The notes beneath the pieces were generated by a model. That model was not told the origin of the DNA, did no database searches, and saw only the letters and a list, made by a program, of their open reading frames with translations. The position numbers were made by a program, and so were the translations under genes. A stretch of 32,000 nt of DNA, from contig NZ_LNTB01000001.1 of assembly GCF_001462395.1 (NCBI RefSeq), forward strand, positions 180,001-212,000, read 5' to 3'. Below are positions 23,167 through 32,000 of this stretch, piece by piece. Numbering within the stretch: position 1 is the first letter of the stretch; each line of letters begins with the position of its first letter. Origin of the DNA: Pyrodictium occultum (GTDB taxonomy: Archaea > Thermoproteota > Thermoprotei_A > Sulfolobales > Pyrodictiaceae).

Positions 23167-23751
23167 CTAGCCCAGGCTCCCGCGGGCCGGCCTGTAGCGC
23201 TGCCAGAGTACGGAGAGTATCCTCTCCCGGTTCGGCTCCAGGTCAAGCCGCGTGAAGACCATGTCGCGGCCGTAGCCGATCACGCGGCCGCCCAGCTTGT
23301 CCACCATTATCCTCCTCATGGGTATGTTGCCTGGATCGAAGTAGGCCTCGAGGGCCTTGTAGCCGTTCTCCAGGAGGCAGAGTGCCACAAGCGCGGTCAT
23401 CGTCGTGCCCAGGCCCCTGCCCTGGAGATCGTCCCTGACCACTATCCCCAGCTCAGCCACCCCGTGTATACCGGTGTCGTAGGCCTCGGCGCTCGCCGCC
23501 GCCTCGCCCCCCTGGAGCCCCAGTAGGATTAGGCGGGCGTTCTCCAGGATCTCCCTCACCACTGTGTCCCAGCACTTGATCGGGCGGAGGAAGCGGAGCA
23601 GCACAGTCTCGGGCCCCAGTCTGGTGAAGAGGCCTAGGAGGAGCCTGCGCGCCTCCCTGGGCTCGGGCTCGGTGATCTCGACGCTGCTCCCGTCCTTCAG
23701 CGCAGCCGCCCCGGGTAGGCTGCTGCACCCGGCGGGCCGTCGGCCTGACAA
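23167..23751 (-). CDS. GNAT-family N-acetyltransferase
   Basis: Acetyl-CoA loop VRDDLQGRGLGTTMTALV and downstream LEAYFDPGNIPMRRIMVDKLG. TTG start. Confidence 0.8.
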   Translation of the reverse strand: MSGRRPAGCSSLPGAAALKDGSSVEITEPEPREARRLLLGLFTRLGPETVLLRFLRPIKCWDTVVREILENARLILLGLQGGEAAASAEAYDTGIHGVAELGIVVRDDLQGRGLGTTMTALVALCLLENGYKALEAYFDPGNIPMRRIMVDKLGGRVIGYGRDMVFTRLDLEPNRERILSVLWQRYRPARGSLG

Positions 23752-23822
23752 GGGGTCCTCTGCTCCTCCAACCCGGGGGTACTGGGATCGGCTGAATTAA
23801 GCCCAGCGTCCAGCCCCGGGCC

Positions 23823-24458
23823 TCAGCGCCCCCTCTGCACGGGGGCGTGGGCGTAGAGGCTGAGGCCGAGCGGCCTGCTCCTCGCAGCCACGGGTGCTAG
23901 TGCCGCCCCCAGCTCCTCGAGCCAGGAGGAGAGCCTCTCCCCTGAAACCACTAGGTCAGCGGCCACCGCCTCCCCCTCCCCGCCCCTGCAGAAGAGCCTC
24001 CCGTCGGCGCAGGGCTCGACGCCTAGGGCCTCGACCGGGTAGCTTGCGAGCGGCTGCGCCGGTGGGGGCGCGGCCGGGGGGATGAGGAGCAGGAGCCTGA
24101 CCCACCTCTCCACCCGGCTGGTGGCCGGGGCCTCCACCACGTGCGCCTCCACGGGGAACACTAGGTCGCCGTGGACAGCCTCCAGCGAGGCCCTCCGGGC
24201 GCCCACCAGGCTCCAGAGCCTGGAGTCCAGCTGCCGTAGCCCGGGCGCGTCGTGGTAGTAGATCTCCGCCTCCACCCGGCCGCCGCGGCACCTCGAGAGG
24301 AGGAGCAGGTCGCCGGCTCTCGCCAGGCAGGCGCCCCTCAGCCCCACCCTCCCGGCGAACACCGCGCCGGCCATGAGCCCGTGGAGCCTGCCCCCGTAGG
24401 CGAGGTCGCCGGCCGCGGCGTAGGGCACCCACCGCCGGAGCCCAGCCCCTGCCCCCAC
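23823..24458 (-). CDS. hypothetical protein
   Basis: 211-aa ORF, divergent from the MoxR module. Composition is Ala/Gly/Arg-rich but not pure shadow. There is a faint resemblance to AIG2/GGCT-like proteins (VEAEIYYHDAPGLRQLD), not enough to call. Confidence 0.4.
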   Translation of the reverse strand: MGAGAGLRRWVPYAAAGDLAYGGRLHGLMAGAVFAGRVGLRGACLARAGDLLLLSRCRGGRVEAEIYYHDAPGLRQLDSRLWSLVGARRASLEAVHGDLVFPVEAHVVEAPATSRVERWVRLLLLIPPAAPPPAQPLASYPVEALGVEPCADGRLFCRGGEGEAVAADLVVSGERLSSWLEELGAALAPVAARSRPLGLSLYAHAPVQRGR

Positions 24459-24539
24459 GGCCTCGGGACCCTCCGGGAGGCGGCGCGGCCCTCCGCGAGG
24501 CTAAATCCATAGAGCCCGTCGGCGGAGCCCTTATCCCTG

Positions 24540-27500
24540 GTGATTCCGCGTCCCGAGGGGTGGAGGAGCCACGTGTTGCACCCGCCCCGCCGGCTGCTGG
24601 CGGCCGCGCTGCTAGCCCTCCTGGCGGCGAGCCTCCCCGTCGCCCTCCATAGGGCACTGGCCGGGGATGCGGGGAACCTGGCCCGGCAGCTACGCGAGAT
24701 CCTCGAGCAGCTCCGCAGCTCAGCCACCAGCTACGGGGAGGCGGCCAAGATCTACCAGGGTGTCGCCGGCTGCGCCCAGCCCCCGGTCTCCCAGGCCGCG
24801 GCGGCCGCCGCGGAGGCCCTCCTGGAGGCCAACGCCACGGGCTCCCCGGGCCCCGGTCTGGAGCAGGCGCTGAGAGCCTACCTCGACGCGGTGGCTGAGA
24901 GCCCCGGTGCGGTCGAGCACTGCAGCTCCAGCATGGTGTACCGCAGCCTCCTCCTCGCCCTCTCCACCCCGACCTCTCTCGGCCTTATACCCCCGGGCAA
25001 CGCCACTGGCTTGCCTGCCGAGGCCGCCTCCAGGCTCGCCAGCAGCGTGGTCTACGCCGCCACGGGAAGCAGGAGCCTGGCCGCGGAGGCGGCGCGGCTG
25101 GCCCGGGAGGACCCATACGCGGGCCTCCTCCTCGCGGGGCTCGCGGGCACCCCGGACCCGGGCTACTGGGCCACGGTGAACGCTAAGGCCGGCGCCAGGG
25201 GGCTCTGCCTCATCTACGCCCTCGCCTCCACCGACGCGGTGCCTAGCACCGCAGCCCGCAGCGCCCTCGCCGCAGCGGCGGGTAGAGGCTACGCCAGGGG
25301 CCCCGGCGCGGTGTTGGACCTCGCTGCCGGCGCGCTCCGCCGCGGCGACGTGTTCTGCTATGCTGCGCTCACGAGCCTCCTCGACGCCGCCTACAGGGGC
25401 TACGTCGAGAGGATCCTTCCCCTCTACCGGCTCCCCGCCCTCCCCGCCGGCTACACCCCGCCCCTGGCGCTCTCCAACGCCTCCAGGATAGGGGGCGTGG
25501 ACGGTCTACGCCTACTGGCAGCCTCGATCCGGGAGGGTATAACCCCCTCCCTGGCCAGGATGGACGGGGAAATAGTCCTCAGCCCTGCCGCCTCCGCCGC
25601 GCTGGTGCGCGCGGAGAGGCTCCGGGCGCCAGCGGCCCCCGGCTCCACCGGCTACTGCCTCGTCTACCAGGCGCTTGTCAAGAGCCTCCTCGGGCCCGGC
25701 GCGGCTGAGACGCAGCAGGGGTGGAGCATGGCCGCCTCCGCCGCGGCCCTATGCTACGCCGAGACGGGCTCCCTGGAGCCAGTGGAGTTGCTACTGGTCC
25801 TCCAGCCCTTCGCCGAGATAGACCCCTGGATTCTAGCCGAGGCAGCACGGCTCCACGGGGCCAGCGGCCCTGTCAGGGGCTACGCTGAGAGGCTCGCCAG
25901 CCTCCTCTGGAGCGGCAGGCTCTCCGAGGCAGAGGCCCTCAACCCGCCCTCCGGCAGGGAGGCGGAGCTGCTCCACGTCCTCGTGTCCGCGGGGCTCGAG
26001 GCGGTGCGGGAGGGCCTCAACCCACTGCTGGTGAACGCGAGCGGCATGGAGGCGGAGAGGCTCCTCAGGGCAGCGGGCGTGGACTCGCCCAGGGACGCCC
26101 TGCTCGCCTCCCTGGACCCGGCCAGGGTGGTGGAGGACATCGTGGGGGACAACGCTACTCCCCCTCTCGTGCGCCTCGGCCTCTTCGCTCGCGCCGCAGC
26201 GGCACGCCCCACTGGCGGGGGCTATGTCATCGACTACGCGGTGGCCCGCACCGTATCCTGGCTGGTGGTGCACATGTACCCCTGGCTGCGCGGCGGCGAG
26301 AAGCCGCCAGCGCCGGGCCAGCCCCCGGAGCCGGGCACCATGCTCTACTGGGCCCTCGGCTACTCAACCACCCTGGAGCCCCCCGCGGCCTCCACGGCGG
26401 CCGGGGAGGAGCCCGGCAAGCCCCGGGAGACGGGGCAGGGCCTGCAGCCAGCGGGGGCGGGGGGCAATGCCACCGGCCAGGGCCTCGCCGACCGCCTCGA
26501 GAAGCTCGCCGAGAAGGTGGAGGAGAGCAACGCCACCGGCCAGGCCAAGGCGGTGGCGGAGCTGCTACGGCGGATCTCCCAGGGCCTCCGCAGCGGCGAC
26601 TACGCCGAGGCTGCAGCGGCGAGCAGGGCTCTCCGCGACATACTCGCCAGCGAGCCGCCGGCCGGCCTGCTGGCGGCGCTGGCCAGGGAGGGGGTGAGCC
26701 CAGGGGAGGCTGCATCAACCCTAGCCGAGGCGGCCAGCATCAGGATCGGCAACGGCTACACAGTAGACCTGGCCGACGCCGCCAGGCTGGCCGAGAAGCT
26801 GCTCGATGCCTATAAGGACCAGAGCCGGGCGGTCCTGCGCAGCATTCTGGAGTCGGTGTCGGCAGCCAACCGTAAGCGGGCCAGCGCCGCCAGCAGCCGG
26901 AGCAGGGGCTCCAGCGGCGCCGGCGCCGCTACAGGAGGCCAGCCGGCCAGGGTGCTCGAGGTCCACGGCCTCGGGGACCTTGTCTCGCTCCTCTACCAGG
27001 CGCTCGCGGGCGGCAACCTCTCCTCCCAGCCTGCCGGCGGGCCGCCGGTAGCCCTCAGGCTCGGCGGCAACACTTCCCGGAAGGAGGGGCGGGAGCCCGG
27101 GGCGCAGCCGCTGCAGCCGCCGCGGCCACCGGCGCCGAGGCTGCCCAGGGCCCGGCTCCCGGGCTGGCCCCTGGCCCTTGCAGCCGGCATGGCTGCCGCA
27201 GCTCTCCTAGTGGCGCTCCTGGTCCTCCGGGGCAGGGAGATAGAGGCTATGGTGGCTAGGGCGCGGCTCGTGGCCGCCGAGCGCAGGCTCGCGGGCCGGG
27301 CTCCTGGGCCCGAGGGGGCCCGGGGCCTCGTGGTGGAGGCGTTCAGCAGGCTCCTCCACCTCTACGAGGCAGTCTACGGCGCCAGGAGGCCTAGCGAGAC
27401 CCACCGGGAGTACGGCGGGAGGCTCCCGGAGGCTGAGAGGAGCCGCTACAACCCCGCGGCCGCCGTATACGAGAAGGCCAGGTTCAGCAGCAAGCCGGTG

Positions 27501-27617
27501 ACGGGGGAGGACGTGGAGAGGCTCCGGCGCGCCGTGGAGGAGGCGAGGAGGGGCCTGGGCGGCGCGGGCCGCCGCCTGGCCTCAAGGCTCTCGAGGCTAC
27601 TGGGTGGAGGGCGGTGA
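24540..27617 (+). CDS. 1025-aa membrane-anchored, sequon-rich surface protein with C-terminal DUF4129-like cytoplasmic tail
   Basis: N-terminal hydrophobic segment LLAAALLALLAASLPVAL, then a ~880-aa Ala/Leu-rich helical region with nine N-x-S/T sequons by my count (NATG x4). A TM segment WPLALAAGMAAAALLVALLVL follows. The tail LLHLYEAVYGARRPSETHREYGGRL...VYEKARFSSKPVTGEDV resembles DUF4129. Confidence 0.7.
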   Translation: MIPRPEGWRSHVLHPPRRLLAAALLALLAASLPVALHRALAGDAGNLARQLREILEQLRSSATSYGEAAKIYQGVAGCAQPPVSQAAAAAAEALLEANATGSPGPGLEQALRAYLDAVAESPGAVEHCSSSMVYRSLLLALSTPTSLGLIPPGNATGLPAEAASRLASSVVYAATGSRSLAAEAARLAREDPYAGLLLAGLAGTPDPGYWATVNAKAGARGLCLIYALASTDAVPSTAARSALAAAAGRGYARGPGAVLDLAAGALRRGDVFCYAALTSLLDAAYRGYVERILPLYRLPALPAGYTPPLALSNASRIGGVDGLRLLAASIREGITPSLARMDGEIVLSPAASAALVRAERLRAPAAPGSTGYCLVYQALVKSLLGPGAAETQQGWSMAASAAALCYAETGSLEPVELLLVLQPFAEIDPWILAEAARLHGASGPVRGYAERLASLLWSGRLSEAEALNPPSGREAELLHVLVSAGLEAVREGLNPLLVNASGMEAERLLRAAGVDSPRDALLASLDPARVVEDIVGDNATPPLVRLGLFARAAAARPTGGGYVIDYAVARTVSWLVVHMYPWLRGGEKPPAPGQPPEPGTMLYWALGYSTTLEPPAASTAAGEEPGKPRETGQGLQPAGAGGNATGQGLADRLEKLAEKVEESNATGQAKAVAELLRRISQGLRSGDYAEAAAASRALRDILASEPPAGLLAALAREGVSPGEAASTLAEAASIRIGNGYTVDLADAARLAEKLLDAYKDQSRAVLRSILESVSAANRKRASAASSRSRGSSGAGAATGGQPARVLEVHGLGDLVSLLYQALAGGNLSSQPAGGPPVALRLGGNTSRKEGREPGAQPLQPPRPPAPRLPRARLPGWPLALAAGMAAAALLVALLVLRGREIEAMVARARLVAAERRLAGRAPGPEGARGLVVEAFSRLLHLYEAVYGARRPSETHREYGGRLPEAERSRYNPAAAVYEKARFSSKPVTGEDVERLRRAVEEARRGLGGAGRRLASRLSRLLGGGR

Positions 27618-28975
27618 TAGGGTTCAGGGCGTTCCTGGCGGGCCTGGCCCTTGTGGCGCTTGTAGCGGCGATACTCGCCGCCCCCAAGGCCGTTAAGCTG
27701 GGCTCCCTGCTCCTCCCCCGCCAGGGCTCCCCGCTCGACAAGGGGCCCCAGGGCCACAGCCTGCTCGCGGAGGCCCTCTCCCGCAGCGGGCTCCCCGTCT
27801 ACTACGCCGCCGCCCCGCCGGGGGGATGGAACGGCTCCAGCATAGTCTACCTTGTCGCTGGGCCCACGGAGTGCAACGCGAGCATAATGAGTGGCCTTGC
27901 GGGGCTTGTCCAGGGCCTCGCCTCCCAGGGCTACCGGGTGGGAGTAGTAGTGGCTGATGAGAGCGGCTGCGCTAGCAGCCTGCTGGAGGCTCTCGGTGCT
28001 CCCCCGCTGCGCCTCCAGCCGGGGTCCCTGAGCGGCCCTGCTATAGCCCTCTACCGGGGCGGGAAGCCCATCCTCTACGCCATGAGCACGGTTGCCCTGG
28101 TGAGCCCCGGCGAGGGCTGGAGGACGCTGGCAGCCACGCTATACCCGCCGGGGCTCCCGGCGGCGCTCGAGTGGCGGGGCCGGGTGGACGTGGTCTATAT
28201 ACCCGACAGCCATGTGTTCAGCAACAGGGTGCTGGGCGCCGCCAACGAGACCGGGCTGGGCAACTCGGAGCTGGCGGCGGTGCTTGCCGAGAGGCTCGGC
28301 GGCGAGCCCCTGGTGCTGATCCCGCCCATGGTTTACAGGCCTGTAAACGCCTCGGTGCCCCTGGTGGTGTACCTCCAGCCCGGCCTGATCGCATCCATCC
28401 TCGTGGAGTGGCTCGCCGAGCTGGAGAAGAGCGCGCTGGCACCACTCCTCTCCAACCCCCTGGGCGTGGTGCTGCTAGCCACCGCGCTCTCGTCCCTCCT
28501 CTATCTCGCCCTCGTCCAGGCCTCGGGCGGCCGGTGGGCCTCCGAGAAGCCCCCCAGGCAGCCCAGGCCCCCTGTGGCGGTAGGCTCCAGCCCCCTCCTC
28601 CAACGGATAGCCTCCGGCGATCTAACGAGGCGTGAGGCAGCCCAGGCCCTGGAGGCTCTCTACCTGCTCCTGGACGAGGCCCTCCGCCGCCTCGGCGGGG
28701 GTGTTAGAGAGGCCCTCGGCGACCCCGCCCTCCTCGAGGAGGCGGCCCGCTCCCTGGGGCTCGGGCAGGGCGAGCTGCGTGAGCTGCTGGCGGAGCTTGA
28801 GAGGCTCCACAGGCTCGCGGGGAGCAGGCTCCTCAGCCGCCTCGTGCCATGGAGGCGTAGACTATACTACTTGCTGGAGCGGCTGGGCCCCCTACTCGAG
28901 GCCATAGTGGCTCCCGGAGAGGCTACGCGCATTGACCGCGGGACGGTCGGTCAGGCTGGTGGCCGATATAGCTGA
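27614..28975 (+). CDS. DUF4350-like membrane protein
   Basis: N-terminal TM segment, then [21 protein letters not shown] and [29 protein letters not shown] as in DUF4350 proteins. A second TM segment and a helical C-terminal domain follow. GTG overlaps the upstream stop (GTGA). Confidence 0.6.
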   Translation: MIGFRAFLAGLALVALVAAILAAPKAVKLGSLLLPRQGSPLDKGPQGHSLLAEALSRSGLPVYYAAAPPGGWNGSSIVYLVAGPTECNASIMSGLAGLVQGLASQGYRVGVVVADESGCASSLLEALGAPPLRLQPGSLSGPAIALYRGGKPILYAMSTVALVSPGEGWRTLAATLYPPGLPAALEWRGRVDVVYIPDSHVFSNRVLGAANETGLGNSELAAVLAERLGGEPLVLIPPMVYRPVNASVPLVVYLQPGLIASILVEWLAELEKSALAPLLSNPLGVVLLATALSSLLYLALVQASGGRWASEKPPRQPRPPVAVGSSPLLQRIASGDLTRREAAQALEALYLLLDEALRRLGGGVREALGDPALLEEAARSLGLGQGELRELLAELERLHRLAGSRLLSRLVPWRRRLYYLLERLGPLLEAIVAPGEATRIDRGTVGQAGGRYS

Positions 28976-29885
28976 CAGGGTGGCGGGGGAGGTTTCGAAG
29001 GTAGTCTACGGGCTGGAGGAGGAGCTCAGGATAATCCTGGCGGCCCTCCTCGTGGGGGGCCATGTGCTCCTCGAGGGAGTCCCGGGCGTGGCTAAGACAA
29101 CGCTCGCCAAGGCGCTTGCCTCGAGCCTCCGGCTGGGGTTCAGGAGGATCCAGTTCACCCCCGACCTGCTCCCCAGCGACATCATAGGCACCATGGTGTA
29201 CGACCAGAGGAGCGGCGAGTTCCGGCTCCGCCGCGGCCCCATATTCACCAACGTGCTTCTCGCCGACGAGATCAACAGGGCCTCGCCCAGGACGCAGAGC
29301 GCGCTGCTGGAGGCGATGCAGGAGAGGCAGGTGACGGTGGAGGGCGAGACGCTCCCCCTCCCCGAGCCCTTCCTGGTTATAGCCACCCAGAACCCGGTGG
29401 AGCTCGAGGGCACATTCCCGCTCCCCGAGGCCCAGCTGGACCGCTTCCTCGTGAAGGTCTCGATCCCCCTGCCAGGCCGGGAGGTGCTCCGCCGCATCCT
29501 CCGGGGCCTCGAGACTATAGAGAGGTGGCCGGTGGAGCCGGTGGCGGGCCGGGAGGAGCTGATCGAGGCGAGGAAAGCGATATGGGGTGTCGAGGTGAGC
29601 GACCCGGTGCTCGACTACATAATAGACATCGTGGAGGCCAGCCACCAGCACCCGGACGTGAGGCTCGGCGCGAGCCCCAGGGCGGCTATAGCGCTGCAGC
29701 AGCTCTCCCGCGCCCTGGCCGCGATGGAGGGGAGGGACTACGTTATACCCGACGACGTGAAAAGGGCTGCCCGCCACGTGCTCCCCCACCGGCTCATCCT
29801 CAGCCCCGAGGCCGAGGCTGAGGGCCGCCGGCCCGAGGAGGTGGTGGAGGAGATCATACGCCGCGTGAGGGTCCCCGTCCCCTAG
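28932..29885 (+). CDS. moxR: MoxR-family AAA+ ATPase
   Basis: Walker [35 protein letters not shown], Walker [55 protein letters not shown] 28932 start (GTG 28959 is an alternative). Confidence 0.92.
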   Translation: MTAGRSVRLVADIADRVAGEVSKVVYGLEEELRIILAALLVGGHVLLEGVPGVAKTTLAKALASSLRLGFRRIQFTPDLLPSDIIGTMVYDQRSGEFRLRRGPIFTNVLLADEINRASPRTQSALLEAMQERQVTVEGETLPLPEPFLVIATQNPVELEGTFPLPEAQLDRFLVKVSIPLPGREVLRRILRGLETIERWPVEPVAGREELIEARKAIWGVEVSDPVLDYIIDIVEASHQHPDVRLGASPRAAIALQQLSRALAAMEGRDYVIPDDVKRAARHVLPHRLILSPEAEAEGRRPEEVVEEIIRRVRVPVP

Positions 29886-29897
29886 CCTCTGGAGGCC

Positions 29898-31313
29898 GTG
29901 GGGTCCAGCTTGCCCGGGGAGAGCCCGCTCGAGAAGATAGCCGCGGAGGCCGCCCCCCTCACCCCGCGGGGGCACGCGGCGCTCTTCCTCTCCGCCGCCC
30001 TGGTGGCCGCGGGGCTCCTCGCGGGGCCCGGCGCCGCGGAGGCCCTGGTGGCCGCGGGGCTGGCGCTTCTCGCCCTGGTGCTGGCTGAGCGGAGCCTCTT
30101 CCTCGCCAAGGCGGCGGCGCTCCAGAGGCTCGGGGTGCGCTGGGAGCTGGAGACGCCGATGGCCGAGGGCAGGCCCTCGAGGGTGAGGCTGGTGCTCGAG
30201 AACCGGTCGCTGGTGGCCCTGGAGCACGTGGAGGTCTACGACTCGCCTCCCCGGCTCTTCCGCTGGAGGGAGCCCCCGAGGGCGGTGGTCAGCCTCCCGG
30301 CCCTGGGCAGGGCCGTGGTGGAGTACACCCTCGTCCCGGTTGTGGGCAGGCACGGGTGGGGCGGCCCGCTGCGCCTGGCCGCGGAGGACTTCCTCGGCTT
30401 CTTCAGGGCGGAGAGGCTTGTCTACGAGGGGCTCCCGGAGGTGGCGGTGCAGCCCAGGGTGCTGGAGGCCCTGCTCCGCCGCGCCCTGCTCCCCACGGTG
30501 CTCCAGCCGGGTGGGGTGGAGAGGCTGAGGCGCCGCGGGCTCGGCGTCGAGTTCCTCGAGCTACGCGAGTACACGCCCGACGACGACATAAGGCTCGTGG
30601 ACTGGAAGGCCTCGGCGAGGCGGGGCAGGCTCGTGGTCAAGGTGTTCGAGCAAGAGTCCTCGCTCCGAGTCCTGCTCGTGATCGACGCCTGGCCCTCTAT
30701 GTTCACCGGCGTGCTCGGCAGGACAAGGATAGAGCACGCAGCCAGGCTGGCCGCCACGCTGGCGGAGTACCTGGCCCGCCGCGGCGACGCCTACCGGCTC
30801 TACATCCTGGGCCCCGACGGCGGCTCCAGCCTGAGCCCGTGGCTCAGGGGGCGGGGGAGCGGGGCGACCGCACGCCGCTTCATAGCGGAGCGGCTCTCGT
30901 GGCCCCGGGGGCGGCTGGGGGCGCCGGACCCGGGCTCCAGGGCCTCAGCGCTCCGCAATGGGCTACTCTCAGCCCTGCCCAGGGGAGGCGCCGCCCTGAT
31001 ACTGGTGAGCGACCTGGGCGGGGACCCCGGCGCTGCAAGGGCCTACGCGGGGGCCTTGGCCGGGCTCCGCCCGGCCCTGAGGGGGCTTAGGGTCTACCTC
31101 GTGCACCTCTCCCCCGTCCTCTTCGAGTCCACGGCCCTGGAGGGCTCCAGGGCCTCGGCCTACCTGCTGCTCTCCCTGGAGAGGCTGAGGGCCCTTAGGA
31201 GCGCCCTCTCCCTGCTCCGGGGCGGCGGCGTCGAGGTGGTGGAGCTGGGCCCCAGGGACCCGGTCTCGGCGCTGCTGGATAGGCTGGAGAGGCTGCGGGG
31301 AGTCGTGTCTTGA
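29898..31313 (+). CDS. DUF58 protein (vWA-like MoxR partner) with N-terminal TM hairpin
   Basis: Hallmark EFLELREYTPDDDIRLVDWKASARRGRLVVKVFEQE, followed by a MIDAS-like LLVIDAWPSM. Confidence 0.88.
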   Translation: MGSSLPGESPLEKIAAEAAPLTPRGHAALFLSAALVAAGLLAGPGAAEALVAAGLALLALVLAERSLFLAKAAALQRLGVRWELETPMAEGRPSRVRLVLENRSLVALEHVEVYDSPPRLFRWREPPRAVVSLPALGRAVVEYTLVPVVGRHGWGGPLRLAAEDFLGFFRAERLVYEGLPEVAVQPRVLEALLRRALLPTVLQPGGVERLRRRGLGVEFLELREYTPDDDIRLVDWKASARRGRLVVKVFEQESSLRVLLVIDAWPSMFTGVLGRTRIEHAARLAATLAEYLARRGDAYRLYILGPDGGSSLSPWLRGRGSGATARRFIAERLSWPRGRLGAPDPGSRASALRNGLLSALPRGGAALILVSDLGGDPGAARAYAGALAGLRPALRGLRVYLVHLSPVLFESTALEGSRASAYLLLSLERLRALRSALSLLRGGGVEVVELGPRDPVSALLDRLERLRGVVS

Positions 31314-32000
31314 CCAGGGCAGCGGCCCTATACATAGCTGTCCGCACGGCGGCGGCCCTGGCGGCCGCCCTTGCCGTTATCCCGGCGTTCCACCTTATAG
31401 CCGGCAGCCTGGCCCCGGCGCTGGCCCAGGCCCCCTGGCTCGGCGTGCCGGCCTCCGGGCTGCTGGCCGTCCTGGGCCCCGTGCTGGTCGCGGCCATGGT
31501 TATGGCTGGCTGGGCTCAGCAGGCCTACACGCTCGCAGGCATAGCGGTGGGGGTCGCCGGCGTCCTCGGCCTCGGCCCCCTCGGGCCGGCTGTCTCGCTG
31601 CTGGCGTCCAGCGCCCTCTACACGCTCTCCCTCCGCTACAGCCTGGAGGCTGAGGGTGCTGCGTCGCGCAGGCTTGAGTGTGGCAGGCGCTGCGTGGCCG
31701 CCACGGCTGTCTCGCTGCTGGCGGGCTACACGCTGCTCGTACCCCTCTCGGTCTACGGGGGGCTGCTGGCGTCCAGCGTCTACCGGTACCTTCTCAGCCC
31801 CAGGCCCGGGCTCCCCGAGCCCCTTGCAGGCGTCTGGAGCACCGCCCGCGGCATGCTGGCTGTGAGGGCGGCGGTGCTCGCGGTGCTGGTCTACGTCCTC
31901 TACTACGCTGTGGAGAGGCTGGCTGCCCCGATGGTCTACGCGCTCGCCGCCGCCCCGGAGGAGCTGTCGCGGAGCCTGGAGAGGCTCCTGGAGCAGGAGG
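31310..32000 (+). CDS. polytopic membrane protein, 5' part only (continues beyond the window)
   Basis: TTG 31310 overlaps the DUF58 stop (TTGA). The frame is open to the window end: LTRAAALYIAVRTAAALAAALAVIPAF... with at least five hydrophobic segments. It is not in the ORF track because no stop lies in the window. Confidence 0.6.
   Translation, partial: MTRAAALYIAVRTAAALAAALAVIPAFHLIAGSLAPALAQAPWLGVPASGLLAVLGPVLVAAMVMAGWAQQAYTLAGIAVGVAGVLGLGPLGPAVSLLASSALYTLSLRYSLEAEGAASRRLECGRRCVAATAVSLLAGYTLLVPLSVYGGLLASSVYRYLLSPRPGLPEPLAGVWSTARGMLAVRAAVLAVLVYVLYYAVERLAAPMVYALAAAPEELSRSLERLLEQE

Noticed and set aside
28923-30353. 476-aa minus-strand ORF, one of the longest in the track
   Set aside because: It is fully antisense to the strongly supported MoxR and DUF58 genes. 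Its translation is Arg/Gly/Pro/His-rich with no motifs. This is a typical shadow ORF of a GC-rich genome.
1-32000. CRISPR array or cas genes
   Set aside because: I saw no series of regularly spaced 24-37-nt direct repeats on either strand. The only tandem or direct repeats are the short ones reported above.

Overview
GC-rich (about two-thirds G+C by eye) archaeal chromosomal segment. It fits a hyperthermophilic crenarchaeon of the Aeropyrum/Pyrodictium type: AGG/ATA codon preference, many GTG/TTG starts, TATA-like boxes about 25-35 nt upstream of start codons, 4-nt start/stop overlaps, and a stand-alone 5S rRNA closely resembling Sulfolobus 5S. Gene calls rest on motif recognition from memory; no searches were run. 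Left to right: a poorly coding ~0.9 kb stretch with small repeats; two hypothetical genes; a DegT aminotransferase and an LbH acetyltransferase separated by a HEPN-MNT pair and an ATP-cone gene. Next comes tRNA-Gly(CCC) and an RNA-end processing cluster: ThpR/LigT, a DUF504/UPF0248 protein coupled to a flavin-reductase-like gene, RtcB and archease. Housekeeping genes follow: S9 peptidase, cyclase/formamidase, TrkH. Then a small unknown operon lies beside an AT-rich gap holding a decayed tyrosine-recombinase remnant. After that: a NOL1/NOP2/Sun methyltransferase, two tandem Cys-rich paralogs (the first frameshifted), SirC-like dehydrogenase, 5S rRNA, ferritin-like/VIT1 transporter, a methyltransferase and a GNAT. 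The window ends with a five-gene translationally coupled module: a 1025-aa sequon-rich surface protein with a DUF4129-like tail, a DUF4350-like protein, MoxR AAA+, DUF58 and a polytopic membrane protein. That module is the best candidate for an uncharacterised system. Secondary candidates are the RNA-end cluster (especially the flavin-reductase/DUF504 coupling), the tandem paralogs and the recombinase remnant. Several apparent +1 frame breaks suggest either gene decay or homopolymer sequencing errors. No CRISPR array was seen.
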